Shown piece after piece: positions 22,221 through 32,535 of a stretch of 49,667 nt of DNA; position 1 is the stretch's first letter, and every line of letters starts with the position of its first letter. The stretch comes from a virus. The notes beneath the pieces are model-generated. The model had not been told where the DNA came from. It saw only the letters and a program-made list of their open reading frames with translations, and made no database searches. The DNA lies in IMG/VR virus record IMGVR_UViG_3300045988_167549, positions 1 through 49,667 of that record; one strand, given 5' to 3'. A program made the position numbers and the translations under genes.

Positions 22221-24317
22221 CTACTCTGGGAAGCCATATTGCCAATTTTGAGGTACTGTAGTCATAGAGAATCGGCGCCATTCGTTCGTAATTTCAATCA
22301 TTTTTGGTTGGCACACGCCTTTATTATGCTGCCAACTATCATGGAACATTAACCCTTCTGCTAACCACCAGTCTCCACCACAGTTACTACAGTAATGCGT
22401 ACTATCTCTATCATCAATACCATTTTCATCCCACTTAACTTTTCTCAAATCTATACAAGTATAAATATACTCGTATTTTGTATCGAAGTTTTTAACATCT
22501 GAAAACGGATGATACATACAGTTTTCTGTTTGAAGTTGTCCTGTATTCCAATTCATAGCATCAATTTTATTCTTTTCTCTTAAAATTATAGTTTTAGATG
22601 TAGAAGTTTGTTTGACACTATCTGCAAAATGTTTCATAGCATCTCCTCCAAATGATTCAGCATAGAAGTTTCCATTTGGAACAGGTAAATGTTGAACTAA
22701 TTCCCACGTTCCATTATACCAACCATACACCTTAATATCTTTCATTTCTACACCAGTATTTTGGCTAAAAGGAGTCCCCTCTACTCTGTATACATTAGAC
22801 CAACACCCTAGTGCTCTGAATGGTCCTGTACCAGGACAACTAGACACGCCACATCCATGAGCTACAGCTGTAGGTCTATATTGATTTTCCCATCTACTAT
22901 TGTGCTTCCATGTATCTGTGATTAGTCCAGAAGGAATAGCTTCATGTCGTTGTCCCATAGGATACATTTTGTCTAAGATGTATTCAGAAGTACAAGATTT
23001 AGCATATTCATTAGAAGGTTCAGGACTAGTACCTCCACCACCACTTGAGGATGCAGTAACAGTTACGCTACAAGAAGTGTCAAACTTTCCGTCAGAAGTT
23101 CTAAATCTAATCGTTGTATTACCTTGTCCTACACCTGTTATTCTGTATTTATAGCTTCCTAAATCAGATACACTAGCAATAGCACCATTATTACTCATAG
23201 ACTCAATTGTTTTGTTTGTAACATCACTACCAAATGATATTGTTACATCAGCAGTTCCATTAACTTTTATGTTTACACTCGTAGGTTCTACTTTTATTCC
23301 CGAAGTGGTAGTATTTTCGCTTCCACTTCCATTGTTTTTTATTAGAGCAAACAATTCATTAATAGCACCTATAATTGTTTTATTTATAGTATTTAATGAA
23401 TTAAATGTTGTTGTAGTATCAAAAGTACCTTTAATATCTTCTAATGCAACTAAATCTGTCCAACCAACGCCTTCTGATTGTCCAGCATATCTCCATTTTA
23501 TATGAGTGGCAGTCTTAGTTAATTCAACACTCTTTCCATTTGCACCTTGTTCGCCTCGTTCTCCATTACTTCCATTCTCTCCCTTTGGAATACCAAAATC
23601 GAAAATAGGATTCTCTTTAGTTCCACTATTAACTACAGTAGCTTGTTGCCCTGCTTCTAATGTAGTAACAGTTCCTATTGTTATGTTTGGAGTAACACCA
23701 TTCCCCATTCCTATATCATTTTGAAATTCACTCAGCTTGGTAGGCATATTAGCTATGTCTGTTTTAGAATGTTTATGTCCTAATTTAGAATAAACTGCAT
23801 CATGATTATGATCGCTTTCTGCGTAATCATGTGTATGACTACTTATTTCTCCTACTAATTTAGCTTCTATTTCTGACTTTGTAATATCACTATTTTTTTG
23901 TGCATTAGCTGGAGCATGACTAGATTGTGAATGTTCGTAAGCACTATCCCAATTATTAACCTTATTATTTGTAATATTATCCAAAATCGATTTATTGCTA
24001 TGAGTATGACCTTCTACTGTTCCCCCTGCACTAGGCAATTGAATAGTTTTCTTAACAACCCCATTTGCCTTCATACTCAATTCATTTCCACTAATGATTA
24101 CATCATCATATTTATTTTTTGTAATATTATCCAATTGCGAACCTAATTCTTTAGTCTTTACTTCTAGATCTGCAGCTTTCTTTTCTACATCTTTAGTAAT
24201 ATCTTTTACTTTTAACTTTTTTGTTCCTCCACTACTAACAACAACATAATCTTCATCTGTTATGGAAGTTTGCTTTATAGGTAAATCTTTTAATAATGTT
24301 GTACTTAATTTTGTCAT
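22221..24317 (-). CDS. Tail fibre protein (HxH fibre repeats, short collagen-like run, Ig-like domain, Cys/Trp-rich C-terminal domain)
   Basis: GHTHSN, SSHTHDY and DHNHD repeats; GENGSNGERGEQGANG; Big_2-like segment; GGGG linker. Confidence 0.75.
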   Translation of the reverse strand: MTKLSTTLLKDLPIKQTSITDEDYVVVSSGGTKKLKVKDITKDVEKKAADLEVKTKELGSQLDNITKNKYDDVIISGNELSMKANGVVKKTIQLPSAGGTVEGHTHSNKSILDNITNNKVNNWDSAYEHSQSSHAPANAQKNSDITKSEIEAKLVGEISSHTHDYAESDHNHDAVYSKLGHKHSKTDIANMPTKLSEFQNDIGMGNGVTPNITIGTVTTLEAGQQATVVNSGTKENPIFDFGIPKGENGSNGERGEQGANGKSVELTKTATHIKWRYAGQSEGVGWTDLVALEDIKGTFDTTTTFNSLNTINKTIIGAINELFALIKNNGSGSENTTTSGIKVEPTSVNIKVNGTADVTISFGSDVTNKTIESMSNNGAIASVSDLGSYKYRITGVGQGNTTIRFRTSDGKFDTSCSVTVTASSSGGGGTSPEPSNEYAKSCTSEYILDKMYPMGQRHEAIPSGLITDTWKHNSRWENQYRPTAVAHGCGVSSCPGTGPFRALGCWSNVYRVEGTPFSQNTGVEMKDIKVYGWYNGTWELVQHLPVPNGNFYAESFGGDAMKHFADSVKQTSTSKTIILREKNKIDAMNWNTGQLQTENCMYHPFSDVKNFDTKYEYIYTCIDLRKVKWDENGIDDRDSTHYCSNCGGDWWLAEGLMFHDSWQHNKGVCQPKMIEITNEWRRFSMTTVPQNWQYGFPE

Positions 24318-24333
24318 TTAATTAACCCTCCTC

Positions 24334-24813
24334 TTATCTTATTATTGCTGTATTATCATCAACTAGTAATACATTGCCATTATCATCAAGTAAAATAGTA
24401 GGATAAATAACTTCCTCTCCATCCCACTTTTCATTTATTGATTTCTTTATTTCAAATGAAAATTCAGGCAACGTAATTTTATAATTTTCTTCATCCAATA
24501 ATACTATCTGCATTTTTGATACACCTGGATATTGTGTATGTTCTTCATCTAAATGAAAGGTTATTAGATTTTCTTCAATACTCATAGATTCTATACTATC
24601 TACGCCATATGGATTTTCTATTAAAAGTACAGCTGATATAGCTCCATTTATTGGTGTTTCTCTAAACTTGCTTGTACCATTCTTATATTCAATTCCAAAC
24701 TCATAAATTTCAAATTTTAAATATAGTGAATCATTTTTAAAAAACTTTAATGGACTATTAATATCAGATGTATAATTATTATTTACTGTTAATTTAACTT
24801 TTTTAAACAGCAT
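24334..24813 (-). CDS. BppU-like baseplate upper protein N-domain protein (start at MLFKK)
   Basis: Position and pattern; start overlaps the upstream stop; AGAGGT RBS. Confidence 0.45.
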   Translation of the reverse strand: MLFKKVKLTVNNNYTSDINSPLKFFKNDSLYLKFEIYEFGIEYKNGTSKFRETPINGAISAVLLIENPYGVDSIESMSIEENLITFHLDEEHTQYPGVSKMQIVLLDEENYKITLPEFSFEIKKSINEKWDGEEVIYPTILLDDNGNVLLVDDNTAIIR

Positions 24814-25006
24814 GTTGAGATACCTCTGCAAATATTTCTTCAAATGTGGTTCCTTGTTTATTTGCAACCTTAAACTGCTTTCCTTGTCCCTGCTTTTCGA
24901 AAAATTTATTATATATTTCATCTGAAATTAGTACGTCATCATCATTTATTTTATTTATTTTTGGATGCTTGAATCCAAAATCTAATTCACTACCACTTAA
25001 ATACAT
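24803..25006 (-). CDS. Hypothetical small tail-module protein (start at MYLSGS)
   Basis: AAGGGGGA RBS before ATG 25006. Confidence 0.45.
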   Translation of the reverse strand: MYLSGSELDFGFKHPKINKINDDDVLISDEIYNKFFEKQGQGKQFKVANKQGTTFEEIFAEVSQHAV

Positions 25007-25019
25007 TTCTATTCCCCCT

Positions 25020-25433
25020 TTACTTACATATTGCAAACCAACATATTCTCAAAGTACCAATTCCTAATCCTGTTCCATTTGCTGGTACTACAGATTTAGC
25101 TTTTACTTTAAAGTTCTTGTTAGAAGATTCATGAGCTGAAACTACAACTTGATTTTGCATATCATAGCAAGATAAAATAGGCATTATCATTGAATTCACC
25201 TCAATAGGTAACGTTATAGTTGATTCAAAATTGTAGCCACTTGTAGTTGCTACAATAGAACCCCATTGTAAAATAAGTCCTCCTGGCAAAATTCTATAAC
25301 CACTATTATTTAACGCTTGAATTTGTCCAATTACCAAATCTTCACTTGTTTCTTTATAAATAGTATCCCAGTCAGCTTCTGTTCCTGTTGTACCACCATT
25401 ATGAACTCTTTCTCTTACTTTTTTCACAGCCAT
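25020..25433 (-). CDS. Tail fibre-associated protein (gp53-like C-terminal domain)
   Basis: LPGGLILQWG motif. Confidence 0.5.
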   Translation of the reverse strand: MAVKKVRERVHNGGTTGTEADWDTIYKETSEDLVIGQIQALNNSGYRILPGGLILQWGSIVATTSGYNFESTITLPIEVNSMIMPILSCYDMQNQVVVSAHESSNKNFKVKAKSVVPANGTGLGIGTLRICWFAICK

Positions 25434-25436
25434 TTA

Positions 25437-26588
25437 TTATGCCTCCTCTCCTATTAACTCTAACCATTTAACTCCTGTTGAATTAGGAATAGTAGTAGAT
25501 ACAATATCTTTACTAGTTTCATATATTGGATTATCTATAGCTTGTTTAAATTTATCTCCAAATTGACTAATCGACTCACCAAATACAGGCTCTACACTTA
25601 ATATTCCATCTTCATATATTTCTACAACCTCTACTATCTGTGTATCACTAATAACCCCTATTTCATCATCTAGAATAGTTACAAAGTCTCCTAAATCCCA
25701 TTCAACTCTATAGCTTTCCGTATCTATAGTAGCTTCAAAACTTTCTATAATAGTGTTTTCAGCTAATTTACTTTTACCTCTATCAGCTAAGTTAGTACCA
25801 TCTTCAATATCTCTAGCATCTACAAATAACTCTTTTCTATCCTGTCCACTAAGATTATCATTTACTATTACTATTTCTCTATTTGAGCCTTCTCCTTGTC
25901 CTGCAACAATAGCGCAATTCTTATATTCAGATACATCTTTTGTATATTCTAATTCGAGAATATTATCGTATCTTCTTGAAAATATCATAGGTGGAACATC
26001 AGCTTGATTTACTGTTCTATCTATTCCTACTAGACTTTCAAATATAAATCTTTTATTTTTATAATCAAATTTTATATTCCAGCCTAACCTACTAGTTTTA
26101 GATATTGTTTCTAATTCATCACTTAAAACCTTATACCTAGTTTCAAATGCTATTTTTTCTCCTCTACCTTGAGTAGAATTTACAATTAAGTTTTGAAAGT
26201 TTCTATTAGTTATATTAGAATCAATAGCATTAAATTTTATTAACTCATACATTATATTTTCAGCATAATCACTCATAGAGAATGTATTTTTATTTATTGT
26301 TGGATAAGTTATTCTATCTGTAAACCAAAAACCTATTCCAAAGCCTTTTATAGTTACTGTATCATCTGTTATATTAACTTTAGTTATTTGACCACTTCTA
26401 TAAGGATCATTATTAACTACAATATAATTTCCTTCTTGAAATAAATCTTTATCAAAATTTTCAACAACCAATTGAAAATTAGAATAAGTGAACCATTTAC
26501 GCTCATAAATAAAAGAAGTGAAATCATCCACTTCTCCTATAAAATCTAAATCTTTATTAAAAAATCTTATGATAATACTTGCTTCCAT
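25437..26588 (-). CDS. Siphovirus Gp37-like tail tip/baseplate protein
   Basis: N-terminal pattern IIRFFNKDLDFIGEVDDFTSFIYERKW; position after Dit. Confidence 0.5.
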   Translation of the reverse strand: MEASIIIRFFNKDLDFIGEVDDFTSFIYERKWFTYSNFQLVVENFDKDLFQEGNYIVVNNDPYRSGQITKVNITDDTVTIKGFGIGFWFTDRITYPTINKNTFSMSDYAENIMYELIKFNAIDSNITNRNFQNLIVNSTQGRGEKIAFETRYKVLSDELETISKTSRLGWNIKFDYKNKRFIFESLVGIDRTVNQADVPPMIFSRRYDNILELEYTKDVSEYKNCAIVAGQGEGSNREIVIVNDNLSGQDRKELFVDARDIEDGTNLADRGKSKLAENTIIESFEATIDTESYRVEWDLGDFVTILDDEIGVISDTQIVEVVEIYEDGILSVEPVFGESISQFGDKFKQAIDNPIYETSKDIVSTTIPNSTGVKWLELIGEEA

Positions 26589-27187
26589 ATAGCACCTTCT
26601 ATAGCTCCCGTTGGCCTACTAGATTGAATATAAATATTCCTCCATCCTTCACCTTGCTGCTGCTCAAACCATGTATCAAATCTATTATTAAATCCTATCA
26701 TCATGGAATTAAATTCGCTAAGATTTTTAGGCCTTATAGCTCCACATAGGTTAATATCATATCTTTCATCAGTAACAGATGTAATTCCATTACTAGAATC
26801 AATGTAAATTTGAGCTAATGATAATTCATATATACCACTAGTTCTAGTTAAGATTGGAGCAGCAGGTTTACTTGATGCAGTACCTTGTTTTAATTCTATA
26901 CTTACTGTCATATTTGACACATCTAATCTAACTACCACTCTATCTATTCTATTATAAGTAGTATCTTTATCCACTGTTATTGTTTTAATAACATCTTGAT
27001 ATAAATAATACCCATTCACTATAGAAAATCCTATTGCTACTTTTAAATCTGTACCTGAATATCTTGTAACTTTCATTCCCATATCTGAATCAGTAACATT
27101 AACACCATTTTCATATATATTTGAAAAATATCTTGCTAGTTCTTCTTGTCCATAATTATTACTTCCATTAAAAAAGCCATATCCCAC
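26567..27187 (-). CDS. Tail/baseplate structural protein
   Basis: GTG start after GGAGGTG; RIDRVVVRLD...YELSLAQIYI...ITDERYD..CG pattern common in fibre-base proteins. Confidence 0.5.
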   Translation of the reverse strand: MGYGFFNGSNNYGQEELARYFSNIYENGVNVTDSDMGMKVTRYSGTDLKVAIGFSIVNGYYLYQDVIKTITVDKDTTYNRIDRVVVRLDVSNMTVSIELKQGTASSKPAAPILTRTSGIYELSLAQIYIDSSNGITSVTDERYDINLCGAIRPKNLSEFNSMMIGFNNRFDTWFEQQQGEGWRNIYIQSSRPTGAIEGAIWKQVLS

Positions 27188-27198
27188 TATAACACCTC

Positions 27199-28041
27199 CT
27201 ATACTCCTAAATACTTGTTGCTATATTTTATACTTACACCTTGCGGTTCTAAGCTTTCAGTACTATATTCCATAAGATTATCCCCAACTTTTAAACTAAA
27301 AAAAGTAGAGTCTAGATCTATGTAGTTAAATGCATTAGTTCTAACTCCATTTTTTTCTATTTCTACTTTCTTATTTCTATATTTAGTTGTTATATATAAA
27401 ATATCTTCACTAGTAAGTTCTCTATTAACCTGTATAAACTCTCCTGTAGTTTGATTAATAACCTTAGGATTAATAGCTGGACCTCTAAATATAATTTCTA
27501 TTGCAGTATCAACATGGCCATCATTATATATATTCTTAATATTTTCCCCTTTTTGCTTTAGCGTAAAAGGTAAATTAAGTGGAAAGTTTAATCCACCGGT
27601 CCATGTAGTCAATTCTTCTAATTTTTCAAGTTCATAAAAATAAGGGTCTGGACAAATAATATATACAGTAAAATTTAGTCGCTCATAAAGGTTAATTCTA
27701 TTATCCTTAAAGCTTTCAACTTCATATTTTATATATCTTTCTATTCCACAATAGTTAACTTTAACAGTTCCACTATTTAAAGGATTAAAGAATTTAATTA
27801 ATCTTTGTCTTTGCTCCTCACAATTCCAATCCATGCAATCAGCAGTAAAGTATATTTCTCTTGGTTTTATCTTCTTTTTTTTAACATATCCACCAATTCC
27901 ACTATAATGTTCAGTTATGTTAATGTCATAATCACTAGCTTCTAATCCATGTACTTCTAGAAGCTTGTATTCATTGTTTCCAAGTTCTAAAACTTCACCA
28001 TTAGACTCTAATGTTAATGTTAAAAATTTAGTATTTATCAT
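27199..28041 (-). CDS. Distal tail protein (Dit)
   Basis: Immediately follows the tape measure gene with an ATGA overlap; size and N-terminal pattern. Confidence 0.65.
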   Translation of the reverse strand: MINTKFLTLTLESNGEVLELGNNEYKLLEVHGLEASDYDINITEHYSGIGGYVKKKKIKPREIYFTADCMDWNCEEQRQRLIKFFNPLNSGTVKVNYCGIERYIKYEVESFKDNRINLYERLNFTVYIICPDPYFYELEKLEELTTWTGGLNFPLNLPFTLKQKGENIKNIYNDGHVDTAIEIIFRGPAINPKVINQTTGEFIQVNRELTSEDILYITTKYRNKKVEIEKNGVRTNAFNYIDLDSTFFSLKVGDNLMEYSTESLEPQGVSIKYSNKYLGV

Positions 28042-30269
28042 CCGAATGCAAGCTCCCTTCCTACCTTTCTTATTTGTCTAGCAATCTCACTAGGCGTTTT
28101 TACTGGATTATTAAACGTAATGTGTTGTGTTACACCATTATCATTTGTAATATTACTATGAGAAGTATTATTAATGCTAGTTACTCCGCTTGGTACTGCT
28201 CTTAATCGTTCCATACTTACTGTAGCCTGCATTTTAGCAACTAAATCCGCCATATTTGAATCAATATCTTTTTCAAGATTTGGAGTTTCTACATCTATTC
28301 CGACTCCAATACCTTTAACTATGTTAGTACCTATAAGATCACGCATGATTCTTGAAGGACTATGTATGCCGAAAAATCCTTTAATTCCACTAATAATACT
28401 ACCTGCAAAACCACCGATTTTATCTAGTATCCATTGTTTCATATTTGATATACCATTCCAAATACCTTGTATAAGATTCTTACCTATATCAAATCCGCTT
28501 GAAAATACATTTTTGATTGAATTTAATGCGTTTGTTGCAATTGAACTAGCAGAACTACTCAAGAAACTTACCATAGAAGAAAACCCTTGACCAATACTTG
28601 AAATTAAGTTTTTCCCCCAACTTAGTCCCCCTTTAAATATGTTGGTTATAGAGGTACCAACCCATTCAGCAATACTTTTAGCTATATTGCCAATATTACC
28701 TTTCATAGCAGAAAGCCCATTCCCAATCCACTGAATCAAGTTTTTTCCTAATCCAGCCCAATTGTATAACGTTACAGCATTTACTATAGCAAGAATTATT
28801 TGAGGAATATTAGCTATTAAAGTAGGAATTGAATCTATCAAGCCTTTAATAAGCATCATTAATATTTGAACTCCAGCCTCAAGAATTTGAGGTAAAGCAC
28901 TATAAATTGCATCTGCAAAACTATTTATAATCCTTGGAACTTCTGCAATTAACGTAGGCAAAGCATTTATTAAACCTTGTACTAAAGCTAATATTATATC
29001 TATTGCAACATCTAATATTAAAGGTAAATTTTCAATTATCATATCACATATAGAAATTATTAAATTTACTATAGTAGGAATTAATGTAGGTAAACTTTCT
29101 GCTATTCCTTGACCTAGTGCTATTAATATTTGCACTCCAGCCTCTAATAACATTGGTAATACCTTAACCATTCCATCTACTAAAGATGATACTATTTGTA
29201 TAGCTCCATTAACTATTTGAGATAAATTACTGGTTATACCACTTAAAATAGTTTGAATAGCTTGAATTGCACAATTAATTAAATTAGGTGCTGCCTGAAT
29301 AATTCCATTGCCTAAAGAACCTACCATCTGAACACCAGCATTCAATAACGAAGGTAATATATCAGTTATTAATTGTGGTAATCTAGCAACAATTGGAGGA
29401 AGTAATTTTTCAACTAATTGCCCTATACCTTTTATTGCTATTTCTATTCTTGGAAGTATATTATCACCAAATGCACTTGCAGAATCAACTAAATTATCAA
29501 TTAAAGTATCGAAATTAGCATTATCATCGGCCATACCGGTTAAAAGATTGGTCCATGCAGATTTAGTCATATTCAAGCTACCTTCAATAGTAGATGCAGC
29601 TTCTTTTGCAGTTGTTCCAGTTATCCCCATTTGTTCTTGGATTACATGAATAGCTTCTATTACGTCATTAAAATTACTAATGTCATATTTAACACCACTA
29701 ATTTTTTGAGCATCAGCTAAAAGCCTCTCCATTTCTGTTTTTGTACCGCCGTACCCTAGCTTCAAGTTGTCCAGCATAGTATAATTCGCTTTCGCAAACC
29801 CTTGGTAAGCGTTCTGAATCATCTCCATAGATGTTCCCATCTTATTAGCATTATCAGACATATCTTCAACGGCCATATTACCTATTTGAGCCGCCTTTTC
29901 AGTATCTCCACCAAGTCCTTGTAATAGTGAAGCTGCGAAACCAGTAATAGTACTCATGTACTCATTCGCAGACATTCCAGCACTTTGATACGCATTATTT
30001 GCATATTCCATTACTTTATTACTGCTATTTTTAAATAAAGTTTCAACCCCACCAGTTAGTTGTTCATACTCTGCATACTGCTCAACAGATAATTTTGTTA
30101 AAACACCTATTGCTCCTACTGTTGCGGTTGTCATAGCTGCTGATACTTTCGCAAATGTCTTTACTGCACTACTTGCTATACTCCCTAACTTGCCATCAAA
30201 ATTTTTTATTCCTTTCTCTAGTCCACTATTATCTATTTCAGTATCAATTATTATTTTTCCATCTGACAT
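28038..30269 (-). CDS. Tail tape measure protein
   Basis: 743 aa; long run of repeated hydrophobic helical segments (LPxLIxxI..); position. Confidence 0.85.
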   Translation of the reverse strand: MSDGKIIIDTEIDNSGLEKGIKNFDGKLGSIASSAVKTFAKVSAAMTTATVGAIGVLTKLSVEQYAEYEQLTGGVETLFKNSSNKVMEYANNAYQSAGMSANEYMSTITGFAASLLQGLGGDTEKAAQIGNMAVEDMSDNANKMGTSMEMIQNAYQGFAKANYTMLDNLKLGYGGTKTEMERLLADAQKISGVKYDISNFNDVIEAIHVIQEQMGITGTTAKEAASTIEGSLNMTKSAWTNLLTGMADDNANFDTLIDNLVDSASAFGDNILPRIEIAIKGIGQLVEKLLPPIVARLPQLITDILPSLLNAGVQMVGSLGNGIIQAAPNLINCAIQAIQTILSGITSNLSQIVNGAIQIVSSLVDGMVKVLPMLLEAGVQILIALGQGIAESLPTLIPTIVNLIISICDMIIENLPLILDVAIDIILALVQGLINALPTLIAEVPRIINSFADAIYSALPQILEAGVQILMMLIKGLIDSIPTLIANIPQIILAIVNAVTLYNWAGLGKNLIQWIGNGLSAMKGNIGNIAKSIAEWVGTSITNIFKGGLSWGKNLISSIGQGFSSMVSFLSSSASSIATNALNSIKNVFSSGFDIGKNLIQGIWNGISNMKQWILDKIGGFAGSIISGIKGFFGIHSPSRIMRDLIGTNIVKGIGVGIDVETPNLEKDIDSNMADLVAKMQATVSMERLRAVPSGVTSINNTSHSNITNDNGVTQHITFNNPVKTPSEIARQIRKVGRELAFG

Positions 30270-30338
30270 TTACTCACCTACTTTCTTTATAAAATAAAAA
30301 AAGCAGGCATTGGCTCACTACTCAATTAATGTGTGGCT

Positions 30339-30473
30339 CTAAGCTCTGTCTTTTGGTTCTAATATTTTATTTATTTTTTTACAACGAGGACATTTAATTT
30401 CCCCTTTAATTATCTCAGCCTTTAAAAGCAACTGATTACAATTTATACATCTTACATCTTTTATATTAATCAC
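30339..30473 (-). CDS. Com-like zinc-ribbon protein (44 aa)
   Basis: RCINCNQLLLKAE...IKCPRCKKIN resembles the Mu Com family; GTG start within AGGTG, so the start is uncertain. Confidence 0.45.
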   Translation of the reverse strand: MINIKDVRCINCNQLLLKAEIIKGEIKCPRCKKINKILEPKDRA

Positions 30474-30653
30474 CTACTTTAAACATAATAAAAGCACCTA
30501 TAATTATGTAGATGCTTTAATCTTATTCTATACTAAATTCAATATTATCCTCTATCATTTCTCCAGTAGAATCATCCATAACATTGAAAACTCCCTTAAA
30601 GTTCTTAACCTCGGTTAGGCTATCATCCATTACTGATAAATCACTTTCACTTT

Positions 30654-31265
30654 TTAAGTTTGCAGTAATAGTTTGCTTATATCTCCACCATTAAGAAGGG
30701 CTTTTTCTATTTCATTTAACTTTTCTTTCTCGCTTTGAGAAACAGGGATTTTATGCAACTCTTTCATTTTTCTATAATAAGTTTTCTCTTCTTTATCCTT
30801 AATTTTAGATAAATCAATACTTCTATATCCCATTATTTTAACTATTTCATTATCTTCTTTAAGACTTTTGAACATAGCTTTAAATTTCCACCAATGTAAT
30901 TCTTCTATATCTTGCAAATCAATTCCGTATTGATCCATAAATGCAGCATAAATATAATCATCATCATGTTCGAAACTATAAATTTTGATGTCACTCTTGC
31001 CTTTACCTTTTCCTTTAGATAATTCTATATCTTTACCACATCTATAGAACCATAGAATTTTTTCTATTGCTTCTTTCCAATATTGCTTTGGAGGAATATA
31101 TTCATAATAAAGATTTAAAGCCATAATAAGTTTATCTCCATCATCTACAGAACTATCTTGCATTAATAATTCAAATAAAATAGAAGTGCGAAAATCACTA
31201 TTAATTCCGTACTCTTCATTATCAATAGTAACTGTTTCAGGAACTAAATCAATTAGCAGATTCAT
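30654..31265 (-). CDS. Phage Gp15-family tail-module protein
   Basis: N-terminal pattern ...INSDFRTSILFELLMQD...; position before the tape measure gene. Confidence 0.55.
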   Translation of the reverse strand: MNLLIDLVPETVTIDNEEYGINSDFRTSILFELLMQDSSVDDGDKLIMALNLYYEYIPPKQYWKEAIEKILWFYRCGKDIELSKGKGKGKSDIKIYSFEHDDDYIYAAFMDQYGIDLQDIEELHWWKFKAMFKSLKEDNEIVKIMGYRSIDLSKIKDKEEKTYYRKMKELHKIPVSQSEKEKLNEIEKALLNGGDISKLLLQT

Positions 31266-31609
31266 TGCTTCTTAGCTCGCCTTTGAGCCCTATTAGGAGA
31301 ATATTTAGAAACTATATTTTCTAACTCTTCTTTTTGAGAATTAATTTGATCAGTTAAACTCGCAAATGCTTCTAAACAAATTTTAAGATTAACTCTATCA
31401 CCAAATACTTTTCTGTCAGTTCCTTCACCAAAAAGTTCATTAAATACATCAAAAATTGTTTCACATTGCTTTCTTATAACAGCAGATGTTTTCAATCCTT
31501 CAAATCTTTGAGGTTTGTTTATATTTTCAATAACTTTTTCATATTTTTCAGCAATCTCAACATCATAAATATCTAAATCCTCTAATTCAACTCCATTAAT
31601 TATCATCAA
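31262..31609 (-). CDS. Tail assembly chaperone-like protein
   Basis: Position between the major tail and Gp15-like genes; acidic N-terminus, basic tail. Confidence 0.5.
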   Translation of the reverse strand: MMIINGVELEDLDIYDVEIAEKYEKVIENINKPQRFEGLKTSAVIRKQCETIFDVFNELFGEGTDRKVFGDRVNLKICLEAFASLTDQINSQKEELENIVSKYSPNRAQRRAKKQ

Positions 31610-31617
31610 TATTCCTC

Positions 31618-32100
31618 CTACTCACTTTTAGCCGTAAAACCTTCAGTAAATGTTTTAGCGCTTGTGTCAAAAGTACCTTCAACTGGATCACTTTGACCTA
31701 AGAAGCTACCGCTAATTCCTAACTCACCATCATTATCATCAAAACTATCAACTGCTATAGCAATCTTAAACTTTCTTGCTCTATAACCTGCTGTTTGTGC
31801 AGGTTTATCTAAATCAACTATAATATATTCAGTTTCAGTGTCAGCTCCTGTAAGCTGCATTTCACCTATATTTCTTATATACTCAATAGCCTTTTCACTC
31901 ACTATTTGGTCAGCATTAAAACTTGTACTCCATTCATACCCAGTTATGCTTTGACTAGCACTGGATTGATTTATATACCTCTTAGAAGTTGTTTGAGCAC
32001 TTGGACTTTCATTAAGTTCTGTAAATCCAGTTCCTAATAATTCAAAAGTTTCTCCAACCTTCATGTAGTTGGCTTGTACTTTTCGCTTTCTAATCCACAT
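31618..32100 (-). CDS. Major tail protein
   Basis: About 160 aa; FELLGTGFTELNESPSAQT pattern of TP901/phi13-type tail tube proteins. Confidence 0.7.
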   Translation of the reverse strand: MWIRKRKVQANYMKVGETFELLGTGFTELNESPSAQTTSKRYINQSSASQSITGYEWSTSFNADQIVSEKAIEYIRNIGEMQLTGADTETEYIIVDLDKPAQTAGYRARKFKIAIAVDSFDDNDGELGISGSFLGQSDPVEGTFDTSAKTFTEGFTAKSE

Positions 32101-32535
32101 TTAATTCATTCCTTTCTTAAAATACTTTAATTTTAGTTGTATCTGGAATTGCGCAGTATCTTCTGTGACTGCAAAAGCATATCCAGTTGATGTAACCTCT
32201 ATTTTTAAAGGCTCTAACCCATCATCGAGTAATGGGAAAATTTCATTTTCATTATTTCTTTCAATTTCATTTCCTAATTTTTCGTAAAACCCAGAATTAT
32301 CAATATTGGTTAAAATATCTACACCATAAGGTTCCCTACTAGTAAATATAAATGCATATTGTCTTATACTATCACCATTAATATATTTTTTAATTATAGG
32401 ATTTATAGGAACCTCCTCTATAGAATAGGTATCTGGATTTTCTTCAAGATAATTAATATTTACCCTGATAGCATTATTAAAGGTATCTAGACATTCTAAA
32501 TTTCTTATATAATTTCTAATACTCTCTATAATCAT
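32101..32535 (-). CDS. Head-tail joining / tail terminator-like protein
   Basis: Synteny only. Confidence 0.45.
   Translation of the reverse strand: MIIESIRNYIRNLECLDTFNNAIRVNINYLEENPDTYSIEEVPINPIIKKYINGDSIRQYAFIFTSREPYGVDILTNIDNSGFYEKLGNEIERNNENEIFPLLDDGLEPLKIEVTSTGYAFAVTEDTAQFQIQLKLKYFKKGMN

Noticed and set aside
30523-30630. 35-codon acidic ORF (MDDSLTEVKNF...) after the Gp15-like gene
   Set aside because: It has no convincing RBS and is not reachable by a simple frameshift from the upstream gene. It is too short to support.
31262-31620. Programmed frameshifts in the tail module (-1 G/GT chaperone shift; +1 extension of the major tail protein as in phage PSA)
   Set aside because: Alternative frames at the 3' ends of both genes hit stop codons within about 10 codons. 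The downstream Gp15-like gene has its own ATG overlapping the upstream stop.
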